From: Octopus vulgaris
Taxonomy: Eukaryota
DNA length: 64,000 bases
NCBI GenBank assembly: GCA_951406725.2
Contig: OX597831.1
Location: 12,772,001-12,836,000, forward strand
Direction of reading: 5' to 3'
Shown here piece after piece: positions 1-13,027 of this stretch (positions are counted from its first letter, which is position 1; every line of letters begins with the position of its first letter). Position numbers and translations under genes: made by a program. Under the pieces are notes generated by a model. It had not been told where the DNA came from and did not search any database. It worked only from the letters and a program-made list of their open reading frames with translations.

Positions 1-526
1 TATTCACACCCACACACACTGTGAGTTTGATACCTGATGGTACACTGTGTCCTTGAACAAGGCCCTTTAAATCATGTCGATCCAATCAACTCAGCTGGCA
101 AAAAATGAATTGTACTTGTATTCCAAAGGGCATTGTGTTTCACACTGAATCTTCATGAGAACTATGTTAAGGGTATGCATGTCTGTGGAGTACTCAGCCA
201 CTTGTATGTACGTTAATTTCACAAGCAGGTTGTTATATTGATTGAATCAACAGGAACCCTCACTGCCACAACCAAAGGAGTTTCAGTACATGTTGACGTA
301 ATATCCAACTCTAGGCACTCTGAGTTCAAATCCTGCTGATGTCATTGGTTTTGTTGAGGGATTTACGTATCGTTCATAGTTGAACAAATTGACCCCAGTC
401 CTTATTCTATTAATCCTTTTTGCTGAAACACTAAGTTACAAGAACATAAACAAACCAACAGTGGATGTCAAGCAATGGAGGGACAAACACAAATGCAAAG
501 ATACACACAATCACACACATCATCTT

Positions 527-580
<54 letters not shown>

Positions 581-582
<2 letters not shown>

Positions 583-795
583 GGTGGCAAGCTGGCAGAA
601 TCATTAGCGTACTGGACGAAATGCTTAGCAGAATTTCATCCACTGCTACATCTCAAGTTCAAATTCTGCCAAAGCTGACTTTGCTTTTCATCCTTTCAGA
701 GTCAATAATTAAGTACCAGTGAAATACTGGGGTCGATGTAATCGACTAAACGCCTCCCTGAAAATTTCAGGTCTTGTACCTTTAGTAGAAAGGAT
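581..795 (+). mobile_element. SINE family B copy (head AAGGYGGCRAGCTGGCAGAA; A/B-box-like) after a (TTA)n array
   Basis: Head aaggtggcaagctggcagaa, B-box-like gttcaaattc, body gcttttcatcctttc...aagtaccag...ctggggtcgatgtaatcgac; recurs more than 12 times in the window. Confidence 0.8.
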
Positions 796-865
796 CATTA
801 TAATAATAATAATAATAATTATTATTATTATTATTATTATTATTGTTATTATTATTATTATTATT

Positions 866-1080
866 AAGGCAGCAAGCTGGCAGAATTGTAAGCATGCCAG
901 GTGAAATGCTTAGTGGCATTTCGCCTGTTACTGTGTTCTGCGTTCAAATTCTGCTGAGGTTGACTTTGCCTTTCATCCTTTCAGGGGTCGATAAATTAAG
1001 TACCAGTTGTGTACTGGGGTTGATCTAATTGAGTGCACTCTCCCTCAAAATTCCAGGCCTTGTGCCTAGAGTAGCAAAGA
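866..1080 (+). mobile_element. SINE family B copy, tandem to the previous copy via (TAA)/(TTA)n
   Basis: Same head and body as 581-795. Confidence 0.8.
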
Positions 1081-1269
1081 ATATGTTGTTTTATACTTTA
1101 CATGTTTCAGTTATTTATTTTTCATTTTTTTAAAGCCTAGTATTTATTTTACCAGTCTCTTTTGCCAAACCACTAAGTTACAAGGGATGTAAACATACCA
1201 ACACCAGCTGTCAAGCAGTGTCGGGAGACAAACACATATATATATATACACATCGATTGTATATATATA

Positions 1270-1655
1270 CTAGCAGTATCGCCCGGCATTGCTCGGGTTT
1301 GTAAGAGAAATAACTATAAAGCATTTTTAGAGAGTTATAGCCAAAAAATAGCAAAAAAATGGAAAAAAATGATGGTAAATTTTTTTTTGAGAGTTAAAAA
1401 GGTCGAGTTGCGTCCCCTAGACAGTCTGTGGTTTGTGTTTCTGATTGTCGACCCCATGTCGAATTTATCGATTTTTTTCAGAACTGGGGGAACTTTTCAA
1501 AATTTTCGCTGCGTTAGTTTTGAATTATGACATTGGGCTATGTGTGTGTCAAGTTTCATCTAGAATCGGTTGAAAGCCGTGGTCAGGGTGAGGGTACAAC
1601 CTGACAGACACACAGACACACAGACAGACAAACTGCCGTTTATATAGAGAGAGAT
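1270..1655 (-). mobile_element. Non-autonomous Helitron-like element
   Basis: Minus strand starts TCTCTCTCTATATAAACGGC..(GTCT/GT)n and ends with hairpin CCCGAGCAATGCCGGG then CTAG|T. Confidence 0.65.
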
Positions 1656-2669
1656 ATAAAAATGTATGTTTGATTAATGAGAGAGACAGATGATGGAAGA
1701 TATGTGAATGTTTATTGATCACTACAGTTGTTTCGACCCATCTAGCATCGATCCCTCATGGGTAGGATACTGAACAACTGGTTTAGGAGTATCCATCAGG
1801 GTAAATGTTTCTCTTCTGGTGATTACAAGATGTATCTCATTAAAATAACGTCTGTTCAACGAGTTTTCTTCTCGGTACGTGTATGGAAAAGCAGTATGTG
1901 TATAGGGTGAGAGAGAGAGAGAGAGATGGCTTCTTTCAGTTTCCATCTACTAAATCCATTCACAAGGTTCTGGTCAACCTAGCACTGAAGAAGACACTGG
2001 CCCAAGATGCCACATGATTGGGAAACAAACCTATTAACCAAACAGCCATGCCAGTGCCTTCCTGTTTTTGCCATTTAAATAATATAATTTGAAAGAAATG
2101 AACTGATATTTCAGAATCTCTTTGGTAATTAATACAAGGATGCTTCAGCACACAATCGGTACATGGTTCAATTCTCAGAAGAAGCTATGTTAATTTTTTC
2201 CTAATATCTAAGGTCAAGCAAGGTCAGAAAACCAATAATATACAATAAAATAAATCTATCTAGTCGAATGCTTAAACTAAGGAACTTCTGAAAGCCTGTA
2301 CACAAGAACGCTTCCTTGGTTATATATAATAATACATCTTCATTAATTATTTCTACTTCAGGCTTTCTCCAGTTCTACGATATATTTTGCTTTAATCTAC
2401 GTTGAACCTTACGACCTGCATCAACTTGTTCTTTGTTTGGACTTGTTGAGGTTGTAGAAGTCATCCAGCCAACGGTACTTTGGTATATTATGCCAATGTT
2501 GATATTGTAGTACTAAATCAATTTCTATCAATGTTAAGAATTTGCCTATATACACATACATATATATGTGTGCACATAGACATATATACATACATATATA
2601 TATACATACATACATATATATATACATACATATATACATACATACATACATATATATATACATACATAT

Positions 2670-2715
<46 letters not shown>

Positions 2716-3050
2716 GCATACACACAGATGCACTCACACATCCACACACACACAGACGTATACAGAGACAAACAAACGCACACACACAAGTTTCTGTATG
2801 AAATATTTTGTGGTACTTTCAGGATTCTTCTTGATAAGTCATTATTGACGTTTTTGTGAAAATGTTCTCAGTCCAGCAACACACACACACACACACATTT
2901 AATTATGTTTGGACTCAGCTTTACATCCAGCTTCAAGTAATATGGCAGTGACACAAAAATGTTATTAAATTCCAGTCAAATGGGTTGAGTGAGTGCTTAT
3001 TATTTTTCTTTTCTTCATTGATATAAATACACATTTACATACATACATCC

Positions 3051-3083
<33 letters not shown>

Positions 3084-3107
3084 CCACATGGCCACTCCTG
3101 CACCTAT

Positions 3108-3363
3108 AAATAAATAAATGCGCCCTTTTAAAGCCTAGCCAGGCTCATGGGTCCGGTTTCCTGGTTTCTATGGTGTATGTGTTCCCCGGCTGACAGGACG
3201 CCAGTCCATCGCAGCGTTACTCATTTTTGCCAGCTGAGTGGACTGGAGCAGTGTGAAATAAAGTGCTTTCCTCAAGAACACAACGCGTCACCCGGTCTAG
3301 GAATCGAAACCACAATCTTTCGATCATGATGCTGACACCCTAACCACTAAACCACGCACCTCC
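3108..3363 (-). mobile_element. tRNA-derived SINE family D (central GCGATGGACTGGCGTCCTGTC block, V/Meta-like)
   Basis: Minus strand A-box TGGTTTAGTGG, B-box GTTTCGATTCC, (TTTA)n tail. Confidence 0.75.
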
Positions 3364-3591
3364 GTTTGATATTTAAATATACGGTTTATTACTATATATT
3401 ACTTTTTCTTTTACTGTTAATGTTTACCTAAAGCATATTATATTATTTTTTATATCTACTTCTCTAAATATACTACCTTTCCCCTCTTTAAAATGTTTAT
3501 ACCAAATTTTTTCTATAAAGCAATACTTACTTCGCCGAAACTCCCCATACACTTAACACATAAAAATATAAAGATGTATATCTTTTTTCCA

Positions 3592-3669
3592 CCTCTGATA
3601 AGATTCAACTTTATAATGATTTAATTATTTTTATTAATTTTAAATGTCTGAATCGAAACAGCTGTAAGG
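3592..3669 (+). ncRNA. Degenerate minimal type I hammerhead ribozyme (G8A)
   Basis: CCT-CTGATAA-GATTCA...TGAATC-GAAA-CAGCTG-TA-AGG, with AATAAA downstream. Confidence 0.6.
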
Positions 3670-4534
3670 GATTATGTCTATCTTTGTGATTAATAAATAT
3701 AATTATTAACTGATTTATATCTATATCTATGTGTATGCTCATATCCCTATCACTGTCTGACAACTGGTGTTGGTGTATTTATGTTCCTGTAACTTAGCAG
3801 TTTGGCAAAAGAGACTGATAGAATAAGTACTAGATTTAAGAAATAAGTCCTGGGGTCAGTTTGTTCGACTAAAACCTTTTAAGGTGGTGCTCCAGTATGG
3901 CTGCAGTCAAATGACTGAAAGAAGTAAAAGAATAAAAGAATGTGTATACACACACACACACACACATTTAGATAGACAGATAGTAAGAGAAGGAGACAAA
4001 GGAGAGAGAGAGGAAGGAAGAGAGAGAGAGAGATTGAAAAAGATGGATAGAGAGACAAAGAGAGTAACTCGGGAGTGCCATGAAAGAGAGAGAAATGTTT
4101 GGGTAAAGAATATCTACATTTAAAAGAGAGCAAACCAATGTTGACATTTGATATTATTTAAATCTAACAGTTGCAGGGTTGCAGTCACCAATTCTGGAGA
4201 GATGTAAGGAATATTTGCTAAATGTCTTGAAGGAAATACATCTTGTTTACAGAGACGTTGAAGCGTTTCATTAGATATTATTTTGCTGTTGTCTTGTTAT
4301 CACATTTTTGTCATTTTTATTATTACTCTACGCATACACACATCAAATACTGTGTGCATAAGTGTGAATAATCACATATATATATATATATATATAAATG
4401 TATGCACAGGAGAGGTAGTGTGTTAAGAAGCTTGCTTCCCAGCCACGTGGTTTCAAGTTCAGTCTCACTGCGTGGCACCTTGGGCAAGTGTCTTCTACTG
4501 TGAGTGGATTTGGTGGACTGAAACTGAAAGAAGC

Positions 4535-4580
<46 letters not shown>

Positions 4581-4616
4581 TAAATAAATGGAGTTTAGCG
4601 CAGGTGTAAATCAAAT

Positions 4617-4715
4617 ATTTTTACTTTCGACACATGTTTCGAAAAATTCACTGATACTATTCAAAAGAATAAATGGTATAAACAAGGCAATCTTCTCCTC
4701 AGGAAAGTGAAAAAA
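4617..4715 (-). ncRNA. Minimal type I hammerhead ribozyme, intact core, GUC site
   Basis: Minus: ACTTTC-CTGAGGA-GAAGA...TTTTC-GAAA-CATGTG-TC-GAAAGT. Confidence 0.75.
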
Positions 4716-4908
4716 CCAAACTCGTCAATACGACATTTTAGCAAAAAATGATGGATTTGTATAGCGATAGACAGAACCCTATTAATATTGTTTAAAAAAA
4801 CGTTATATGATATAACATCATAAGTAGCTAACAGAAAGAGTAGGGATACCAATAGTGAATGTTAAATATAAAGGAAATTAAAGTTTAAATTATATATAAT
4901 GATAGAGA

Positions 4909-5100
4909 CTACTTATATGCACTAAATTTATGTTTCTGCCAATGCTTACATCTGTATGCTCATTCTATAACCGTGTTTACTAGAGTATTTTTAGAAAAGA
5001 TAATGAAAAATAGCTCAGAATTGCCGAGAAGACAGAATTCCTTGCCTTTGTCATATGGTATCGAAATTGAGAGGATCAACCATTCTAAATGAAATTTTGC
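4909..5100 (-). pseudogene. Penelope-like GIY-YIG endonuclease C-terminal remnant
   Basis: Reads AKFHLEWLILSISIPYDKGKEFCLLGNSELFFIIFSKNTLVNTVIE*AYRCKHWQKHKFSAYK*, matching the PLE W.I..PY..CxLC..E..I..LN..E..CxH..K pattern; one in-frame TGA. Confidence 0.65.
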
Positions 5101-5320
5101 TACCCTGGTAACTATTTATTTATTTTTTCCGTGTTAATTGTTAACAAGGTAAAAATACACTCATCTATTTATATATATATATATATATATATCTTCAGTG
5201 TTTCATATGTCCAAAAAACAGAAGTAGACTGTAAAACATAGATCAGTCATAGAGTGACCAGTGGATGGCTAAGCCCTTTGTAGATGCAAAATCATTAGTC
5301 ACTCTATGACCATACATAGA

Positions 5321-5461
<141 letters not shown>

Positions 5462-5535
5462 AAGTATATAAGGTAGCAAAGGAAAAAATTCCTTTAATTC
5501 TTGCACACGGATTTTTTTCTATCTACGTACCAGTT

Positions 5536-5615
5536 GCCCTGATGAGGCTTATATATAAGGGAATTGGATTGCTTGTATATCAAAAAATGTATATAAGTCA
5601 ACAGAAATTGTTGGC
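5536..5615 (+). ncRNA. Degenerate hammerhead motif (GAAA partly deleted)
   Basis: GCC-CTGATGA-GGCTTATATA...TATATAAGTC-AACAGAAATTGTT-GGC; 10-bp stem II. Confidence 0.5.
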
Positions 5616-5922
5616 TTTTTTTTTATACAAGTGTTTACTCATAGTAATATTATGTTATATTATAATATAAATAAATTATTGGATTCTCATTTGTATCTCT
5701 CTATTTGATTTATTGTTTATACAAGTATATATATATATATATATATATATAAAAGTAGTACAAATTTGGATTCAGTGAATCATATAGCTTTCACAGTAAT
5801 CTTTTCATTCAGAATTGGCTATCAGTTTACATAGTAATCAGTTATTAATGTAGTTTGATGTAATGTGTTCATGTACCTGAAAATCCAGACAGTCAAAATG
5901 CTAAATATTCCTGCAAGGAGTA

Positions 5923-6320
5923 TCATCATCATCATCGTTTAACGTCTGTTTTCCATACTAGCATGGGTTGGACGGTTCAAATGGGGTCTGGGAAGCCAGG
6001 AGGCTGCGCCAAGCCCAGTCTGATCTGGCAGTGTTTCTACAGCTGAATGCCCTTCCTAACGCCAACCACTCCATGAGTGTAGTGGGTGCTTTTTACGTGC
6101 CACCTGCACAGGTGCCAGACGAGGCTGGCACATGGCCACAATCGGATGGTGCTTTTTACGTGCCACCAGCATGGAGGCCAGTCGGGGCAGCACTGGCAAT
6201 GGCCACGTTCAGATGGTTCTCTTACATGCCACTGGCACTGGTATCACAGCTACAATTTCCATTGATGTTAATCGATTTCGATTTTGATTTTCACTTGCCT
6301 CAACAGGTCTACACAAGTAG
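5923..6320 (-). mobile_element. SINE family C (internal TGGCACGTAAAAAGCACC repeats, TTAGGAAGGGCATCCAGC block, (GAT)n tail)
   Basis: Recurs at 8857, 11610, 25385, 45655, 57578 and elsewhere. Confidence 0.75.
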
Positions 6321-7283
6321 GGTTTGTGTCACAAGAAGGTAAAGTATGCATAAGTAGGCTGGCTACGTCCCAGGTAGAGGCCACGGGTTATGGTCTAGCT
6401 TGTATAAAGTATAAAGACAGAAGGTGTGAGGTAAAGATAGATTTTTGTTTTCCCCCCATTTGCATGTGGTAATGGTAATTCTTTAGTCTCCTGAATTCTT
6501 TTTTTTTATATTACTTCCAAATATTCCATGCAAACATGGTCTTTACTGCAAAAGCTATTATTCTGCTTCATTAACTGGGTGAACTTCCTAACAGCAACCA
6601 CCATTTAACCAACCAATGAAAGTGAGGAGTGGAGCCGTGTTTTCTCCATCAGAAAGAATGAAGGAAGAATGAGTCAACCAGTGTCATATATCCTCTCCAC
6701 AGGGGGCGGGGCCAGAAGATTATGGATGTCACAGTGATTAAGACTGATCATAAAACCATGTCATAACAGTTCAGTCCCGTCAACCAAAGAAGCCTCATTT
6801 CATTGTTTGACTTACATGATATAACAGCTAAATCTCCCTTAAATCAAACTCTAATAGTTTAGAAAGGGATGGACATGTTAGATTATATAGTCCAACATAA
6901 GAAACCTCTACTTAGTTGCTTGACTTACTAGAAATGGCAGCTAAATCACTATTAAATCAAATTCTACTTTAAAAAACAAAAATGATGGACATGTTAGATA
7001 ATATAATCCTGTGTAAGTTCTGCCTCAATAAAGAGAAAAAGAAAGAAAACAATATGATCACAGTTGGAATTATTTACATCATTTACATTTGACGGATATT
7101 AGTTGCAGCCCCATGGCCATTCATGACCGGAGGGGGTCTTTACCCTTTACCCTATGCATACATACATGGCAGGGTCGGTTAGAAGTTTGCTTCCCAACCA
7201 CATGGTTTTGGGTTCAATTCTTTGCCATGGTACCTCGGGCAAGTGTCTTCTACTAGAGTGTTGGGCTGACCAAAGCCTTTAAA

Positions 7284-7695
7284 CTTTTTACTCTCTTTTA
7301 CTGGTTTCAGTCATTTGACTGTGGCCATACTGGAGCACCACCTTTAGTCAAACAAATCGACCCCAGAGCTTATTCTTTGTAAACCTAGTACTTATTCTAT
7401 TGATCACTTTCGTCGAACTGCTAAGTTACGGGGACATAAACACACCGGCATCGGTTGTCAATTGATATTTGGGGGAACAAACACAGACACACAAACATAT
7501 ACACACAAATACATACATATATATATATACACATATATGACGGGCTTCTTCCAGTTTCTGTCTACCAAATCCACTCACAAGGCTTTGGTCGGCCCGAGGC
7601 TACAGTAGAAGACACTTGCATAAGGTGCCATGAAGTGGGACTGGACCCAGGACCATATGGTTGGTAAACAAGCTACTTAGCACACAGCCACTCCT
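7284..7695 (-). mobile_element. SINE family A, near full length (tRNA-like head, internal TA/TG microsatellite, GTAAAAGA tail)
   Basis: Head GGAGTGGCTGTGTG.TAAGTAGCTTG, body CAAGTGTCTTCTACT...GGATTTGGTAGAC; more than 15 copies or fragments in the window. Confidence 0.8.
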
Positions 7696-7954
7696 GTGTC
7701 TAGAAACATAGATCATCTCAAAATAAATACAGTAACGAAAGGGTTAAGTGGATTTGGTAGATGGAAACTGAAAGAAGCTTTTGGTTTGTATGTATGCATG
7801 TTTTCTTTCTGTTTTTACTTCGCAACAGATTTTGACCAGCCACCTGCTTCTTATCAGAGCATCTTGTTTTGTTCATCATCTTTTAACTCTTAAAAAGCTT
7901 TCACCGATTTTGATAGTCCTGGATATCGTGATGAATGAATGAATGAATGTCTAT

Positions 7955-8247
7955 GTGAAGGCACATGGCCTATTGGATAGAGTGTTGCACTCATGGATGC
8001 CAGATTATGATATCAATCCCTGGTCCATGTAGTGCATTGATTTCTTAAGAAAAAATACTTCATTTCATGTTGCTTTGCCATCCCTTTGACACAGATGTGT
8101 GGCATATTATGCCCCTGTACAAGCAATGTCGATTTGATGGAAGGTGTGAGATAATTTAGAGCACAAAAACATTGAATCAAACATTCGGGCAGGCTGCTCA
8201 GCAAGAAACTGAGGCAGCCTCCCCTGTTATCTACAATGGGAGAAACC

Positions 8248-8250
<3 letters not shown>
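7955..8250 (+). mobile_element. Diverged tRNA-derived SINE, related to the host of the 38-bp minisatellite
   Basis: gaaggcacatggcc...gttgcactcatg head; gcaggctgctcagcaagaaact...ggagaaacca end shared with 52835-55150. Confidence 0.55.
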
Positions 8251-8292
<42 letters not shown>

Positions 8293-8856
8293 GATGGGCT
8301 TTTTCAGTTTCCGTCTACCAAATCCACTCACAAGGCTTTGTTTGGCTTGAGTCTATAGTAGAAGACACCTGACCAAGGTTCCACGCAGTGGGACTGAACC
8401 CAGAACCATGTGGTTGGTAAGCAAGCTACATACCACACATATATATAGGACAGACTTCTTTCAGTTTCCGTCTACCAAATCTACTCACAAAGCTTTCGTC
8501 AGTCCACGGCTATAGTAGAATACACTTGCCAAGGGTACCATGCAGTGGGAACTGAACCTGGAAGCATGTGGTTGAGAAGCAAGCTTCTAACCACACATCC
8601 ACGCCCAGGGTGTATGTTTGTGTCTCTTTGTCTTGATAGTTTTAAATGATTGCCGCTGTTATACAAATCATGTCATGCATTTTCAATATTCTGCAAATAC
8701 ATGTCTGGCCACAGAGGGGAAATATTACCTTGGTTCAAGACAGGTGAGGGTTGATGACAGGAAAGGCATCTGCTTCTAGAAAACCTTCTTCAATAAAACT
8801 TCATTTGACTCATATAAGCACAGAAAAGTGGATATTAAAATAACGATTGATATATA

Positions 8857-9330
8857 GCGGCTAACCGACTTCCGTGCCAGTGGCACATAAAAAGCACCAT
8901 TCGAGTCTGATCAGTACCAGCCTCGCCTTACTGGCACTTGTGCCCCGTGCTAGTAGGGTGCTAAGAGCACCATCCAAGCGTGATCTTTACCAGAGCAGCT
9001 AACTGGCTTCCGTGCTGGTGGCATGTAGGAGGCACCATTCGAGTGTGATCGTTACCAGAATTGCCTTACTGGCCCCTGTGCCGTTGGCATGTGTAAAAAA
9101 TTCGAGCGAGGTCATTGCCTCTACCTCCTGACTGGTCCCTGTGCCAGTTGCACGTAAAAGCACCCACTACACTCTTGGAGTGGTTGGCATTAGGAAGGGC
9201 ATCCAGCTGTAGAAACTCTGCCAGATCAAGACTGGAGCCTGGTGCAGCCATCTGGTTCGCCAGCCCTCAGTCAAACCGTCCAACCCATGCCAGAATGGAA
9301 AGCAGTCGTTAAACGATGATGATGATGATT
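8857..9330 (+). mobile_element. SINE family C
   Basis: Internal subrepeats, TTAGGAAGGGCATCCAGCTGTAGAAAC, (GAT)n tail. Confidence 0.75.
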
Positions 9331-11609
9331 TTGTCTTGTTTGATGGCCTTATCAATGATGATGCCATGTGAAAAGCACTGGTGATGGTGTCATGTATAAA
9401 ACACGCACATTTGTGCCATATAAATAGCACCCAATATACTCTGTAAAGTGGTTAGCATCAGGAAGGGCATCCATACATAGAAACCATGCCAAAAGAGACA
9501 GTTGGAGCCTGGTATGGCTCCTGGCCTTGCCGGCATATATCAGACTGTCCAACTCATGCCAGTAGGGAAAACAGACATCTGATGATGATGGTGATGATGA
9601 TACACATACACACACATTCTTTCAGTTTCCATATAAATAAAGCTACTCGCAAGAATCTATTTGGCCCAGGGCTGAAGGTGGCACACAGTGGAATTGCACT
9701 TGAAAGTAAGTGGTTAGGAAGCAAAAATTGTTAACCGCAGCGCCATTAGTTATATTTAACAACTGAAACCAAACTTCAAAAAACACATGACCAGGTGACT
9801 TGCAGTATCCGTTCTGGTTCTTTTAATTCTGAGTTCAAATCCAAGCCTGGTGTACTCAAGTTGTAAACTTAATCCACAGTTTGGTTTAAACACTAAAAGT
9901 TGGTTTCAAATAATAACTCCAATGTAACATGTTAAAGAGGATAAAATGGTTAAGTAGAAAATAGTGTGGGGGTCACATTATGTTGAAGATCTTATAGTAG
10001 TCAAGTAAACACTATAAGTAGTTGTTATGTATGTGTAAACAATCCATTAGCGCAATTTGATCTCTTAGCTTGAGTATCCTATTTTGACAGGTTGATTGTT
10101 ATTCTCATCAATTACCTTCATTGTTCATTACTGGAGCTTAAACAATCTTTCTTCTGTTACAGAATCTTGACTGTCGCTGTATTTCACAACTGTAAATCAA
10201 ATAATTCAATGAAAGAGCTATTGTACTACTTCTTGACAAGCTAGATATAGCAGCCAAATTTTCCTCAAAATCAAATTCAACTGTCTTAAAAGATAAATAC
10301 ACAAAACAGCACATGTGGTAGAATAGACGTTACAGTTCTATATTTAAGAGATGAGGAATTATTTACATTATTTACATTTGACAACAAACAAGATGAGGAC
10401 AAATATCCATATCCGTCAAATGTAAATAATGTACAGAATAGATGTTGTCCTGGAGGGGAATTTTCTGGAAAAATAATAGGACAGTTAGAGCTTGAATGCT
10501 TTTGATCATCTACATGCTCAACCATGGTTAATCAATACATAAGTTTGTAAAAGAAAAAAATATCTATTTTGTTATTCCCAGCCTAACCACTTTTGCTCCT
10601 CATACCTCACCTTCTAACCATCTTACCTAAATCATCTCCCCCCACCTCTCTCTCTCTCTCTTTCTCTCTCTCTCATATTCTTCATATGTTATGGTTGTTT
10701 TAATCTAATCAATTACAAGGCAGCCTCTCTAGAACTGGTACTACGTAAACTGTACCCAGTATATGCTGTGAAGTGGTTGGCATTAGGAAGGGCATCCAGC
10801 CATAGAGACCCAGCCGAAATCGAGGCATTGGAGCATGACACGGTCATCTAACTTGTCACTTCTTGCAAAACTGTCCAGCACTGCCCAGAATGGAATGTGG
10901 ATGTAAAAGGGATGATGATGATGATGATGATGACAATGATGATGATATCTATTTTTCCTTGGCAAAATAGACTGTGATAAACGTAATCAAATATTCTTAG
11001 ACACTTTTTTTAGGTAATCTCCACATTGTTGTGCACCAGTCAATTTTATGATCAAAGCCCAGACTTTTAGATACATAATATAAATATACTGAATGATGGT
11101 GTGTCTGTATATTTAAAAATTTATAGTTTCATGCTTCCTTTCCTTCTCTAGTGGTGTATAGAATTTATAATTTATTGCAGATGAAGCAGACTGCCAATAA
11201 ATAATGGTACACAAGCATTTTTTGTTGTTGTGTTTTTTTAATTTTCTTTCTGGTATTGATTTATCTTAAATCGTAAGTTTTAATTTAGATTAGTATTTTA
11301 GAAAGAAAGCAAACTGCAGTGATTCTGTTTTTTTTAAAGAAAACATTTTATGTTGTCATTAATGAAATTCAACCTAAAAAAAAAACTAATTTGAAATAAT
11401 TTTGTTTTTTTCCCTAAAAGTCAGTGCTTCATCATCACTCTCGACATCATAGTTTTGCACCCATTTTTCCATGCTCATATGAGTGAGGCAGAATTTGTTG
11501 AGACTAGAAGTCCTTCCTGCTTCTAATCCTCACCTATTTCCTGATGGATAGATTCATGGAAGACTGGATACGAAGGACACCATTTCTATGCTGGTGATGT
11601 TTAGCACCA

Positions 11610-12072
11610 TATACGAGTGTGATCATTGACAGAGCGGCTATTCGAGTATGATCGTTACCAGCTCGCCTTACTGGCACTTATGCCTGTGCTAGTAGGGTGC
11701 CAGGAGCACCATCCGAGCATGATCATTGCCAGAGCAGCCAACTGCCTTCCATACATGTGGCACGTAAAAGGGCACCATTCGAGCGTGATAGTTACCAACG
11801 TCGCTTCACTGGCACCTGTGCCGGTGGCACGTGTAAAAAGATTCGAGCGAGGACATTGCCAGTACTGCCTGACTAGCCCCTGTGCTGGTGGCAAGTAAAA
11901 AGCACCCACTACACTCTCAGAGTGGTTGGCATTAGGAAGGGCATCCGGCTGTAGAAACTCTACCAGATCAAGATTGGAGCCTGGTGCAGCCATCTGGCTT
12001 GCCAGCCCTCAGTCAAAATCGCCCAACCCATGCTAGCATGGAAAGCGGACGTTAAACGATGATGATGATGAT
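11610..12072 (+). mobile_element. SINE family C
   Basis: Same features as 8857-9330. Confidence 0.75.
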
Positions 12073-12741
12073 GAACATGCATTGTCATGTGAAGGTGACA
12101 CAAACCAAAACACAGGCACACACAAACACAATACATCCATAAAAGATATCACCTCTGAATGAAAATCGTAGCTGTTAGCCTTTTTTGCGGTGTATCTACA
12201 TTGTGTATGATATATATATATATGGTTATGTATATTTGAAAGGCTTCTTTCAGCTTCCCCCCAACAAATTCATTCACAAGGCTTTGGTTATTTGAAGGCT
12301 GTAGTAGAAGAGATTTGCCCTCTAGTGAAGTGGAGGGTGATAAGATAAATTAATTATGGAGCATTAAATATTAACAAAACACAGAAAAGATAAAGAAAGG
12401 AAAAAGAGAAAGACAAAAAAAAACCTGAAGAAACATGAAAGAAAGAAAATAAACCTTGTTGTGTCTTGGGAGGGTCATTACATCAATAATACATGCACTG
12501 GCTTAATATCAGTTCATTATTATTAGTCAGTTGGTTTAATATCCAACAAATAACAAATCGATTGTTTGCTTAATGTACTGGTTAAACAATCAATTGGTTA
12601 TTTGTTAATCAATGTCCTTTTGTTGCTATGTGTGACCTCCTCAATGACATGCCCTCTCTCAATTGACTAATAATAAAGAAGTGACATTCAACCATTGCTT
12701 GTGTCTTCATCATCATCATCATCATCATTATTATTATTATT

Positions 12742-12966
12742 AAGGTGGTGAGCTGGCAGAATTGTTAGCATGCTGGATGAAATGCTTAGCAGTATTTTGC
12801 CCGTCGCTATGTTCTGAGTTCAAATTCTGCCGAGGTCAACTTTGCCTTTCATCCTTTGGAAGGGGGGGGGGAGGGCGATAATATAAGTATCAGCTGATCA
12901 CCGGGGTTGATGTAATTGACTCATCTCCTCCCCCAAAATGGCTGTCCTTGTGACAAAATTTGAAAC
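12742..12966 (+). mobile_element. SINE family B flanked by (TTA)n
   Basis: Family B head and body. Confidence 0.75.

Positions 12967-13027
<61 letters not shown>

Larger units (their letters stand above)
4578..5165 (-). mobile_element. Penelope-like element 3' fragment (endonuclease C-terminus + hammerhead) between (TA)n arrays
   Basis: Coding remnant 5100-4909 plus hammerhead 4715-4617; (TA)n on both sides. Confidence 0.7.

Noticed and set aside
5877-5910. Possible 34-nt minus-strand exon; similar 29-nt plus candidate near 10163
   Set aside because: Weak donors and no recognisable protein; expected by chance
11181-11200. Possible terminal exon (D)EADCQ* resembling an LDLa end
   Set aside because: Too short, and no other exons of such a gene were found
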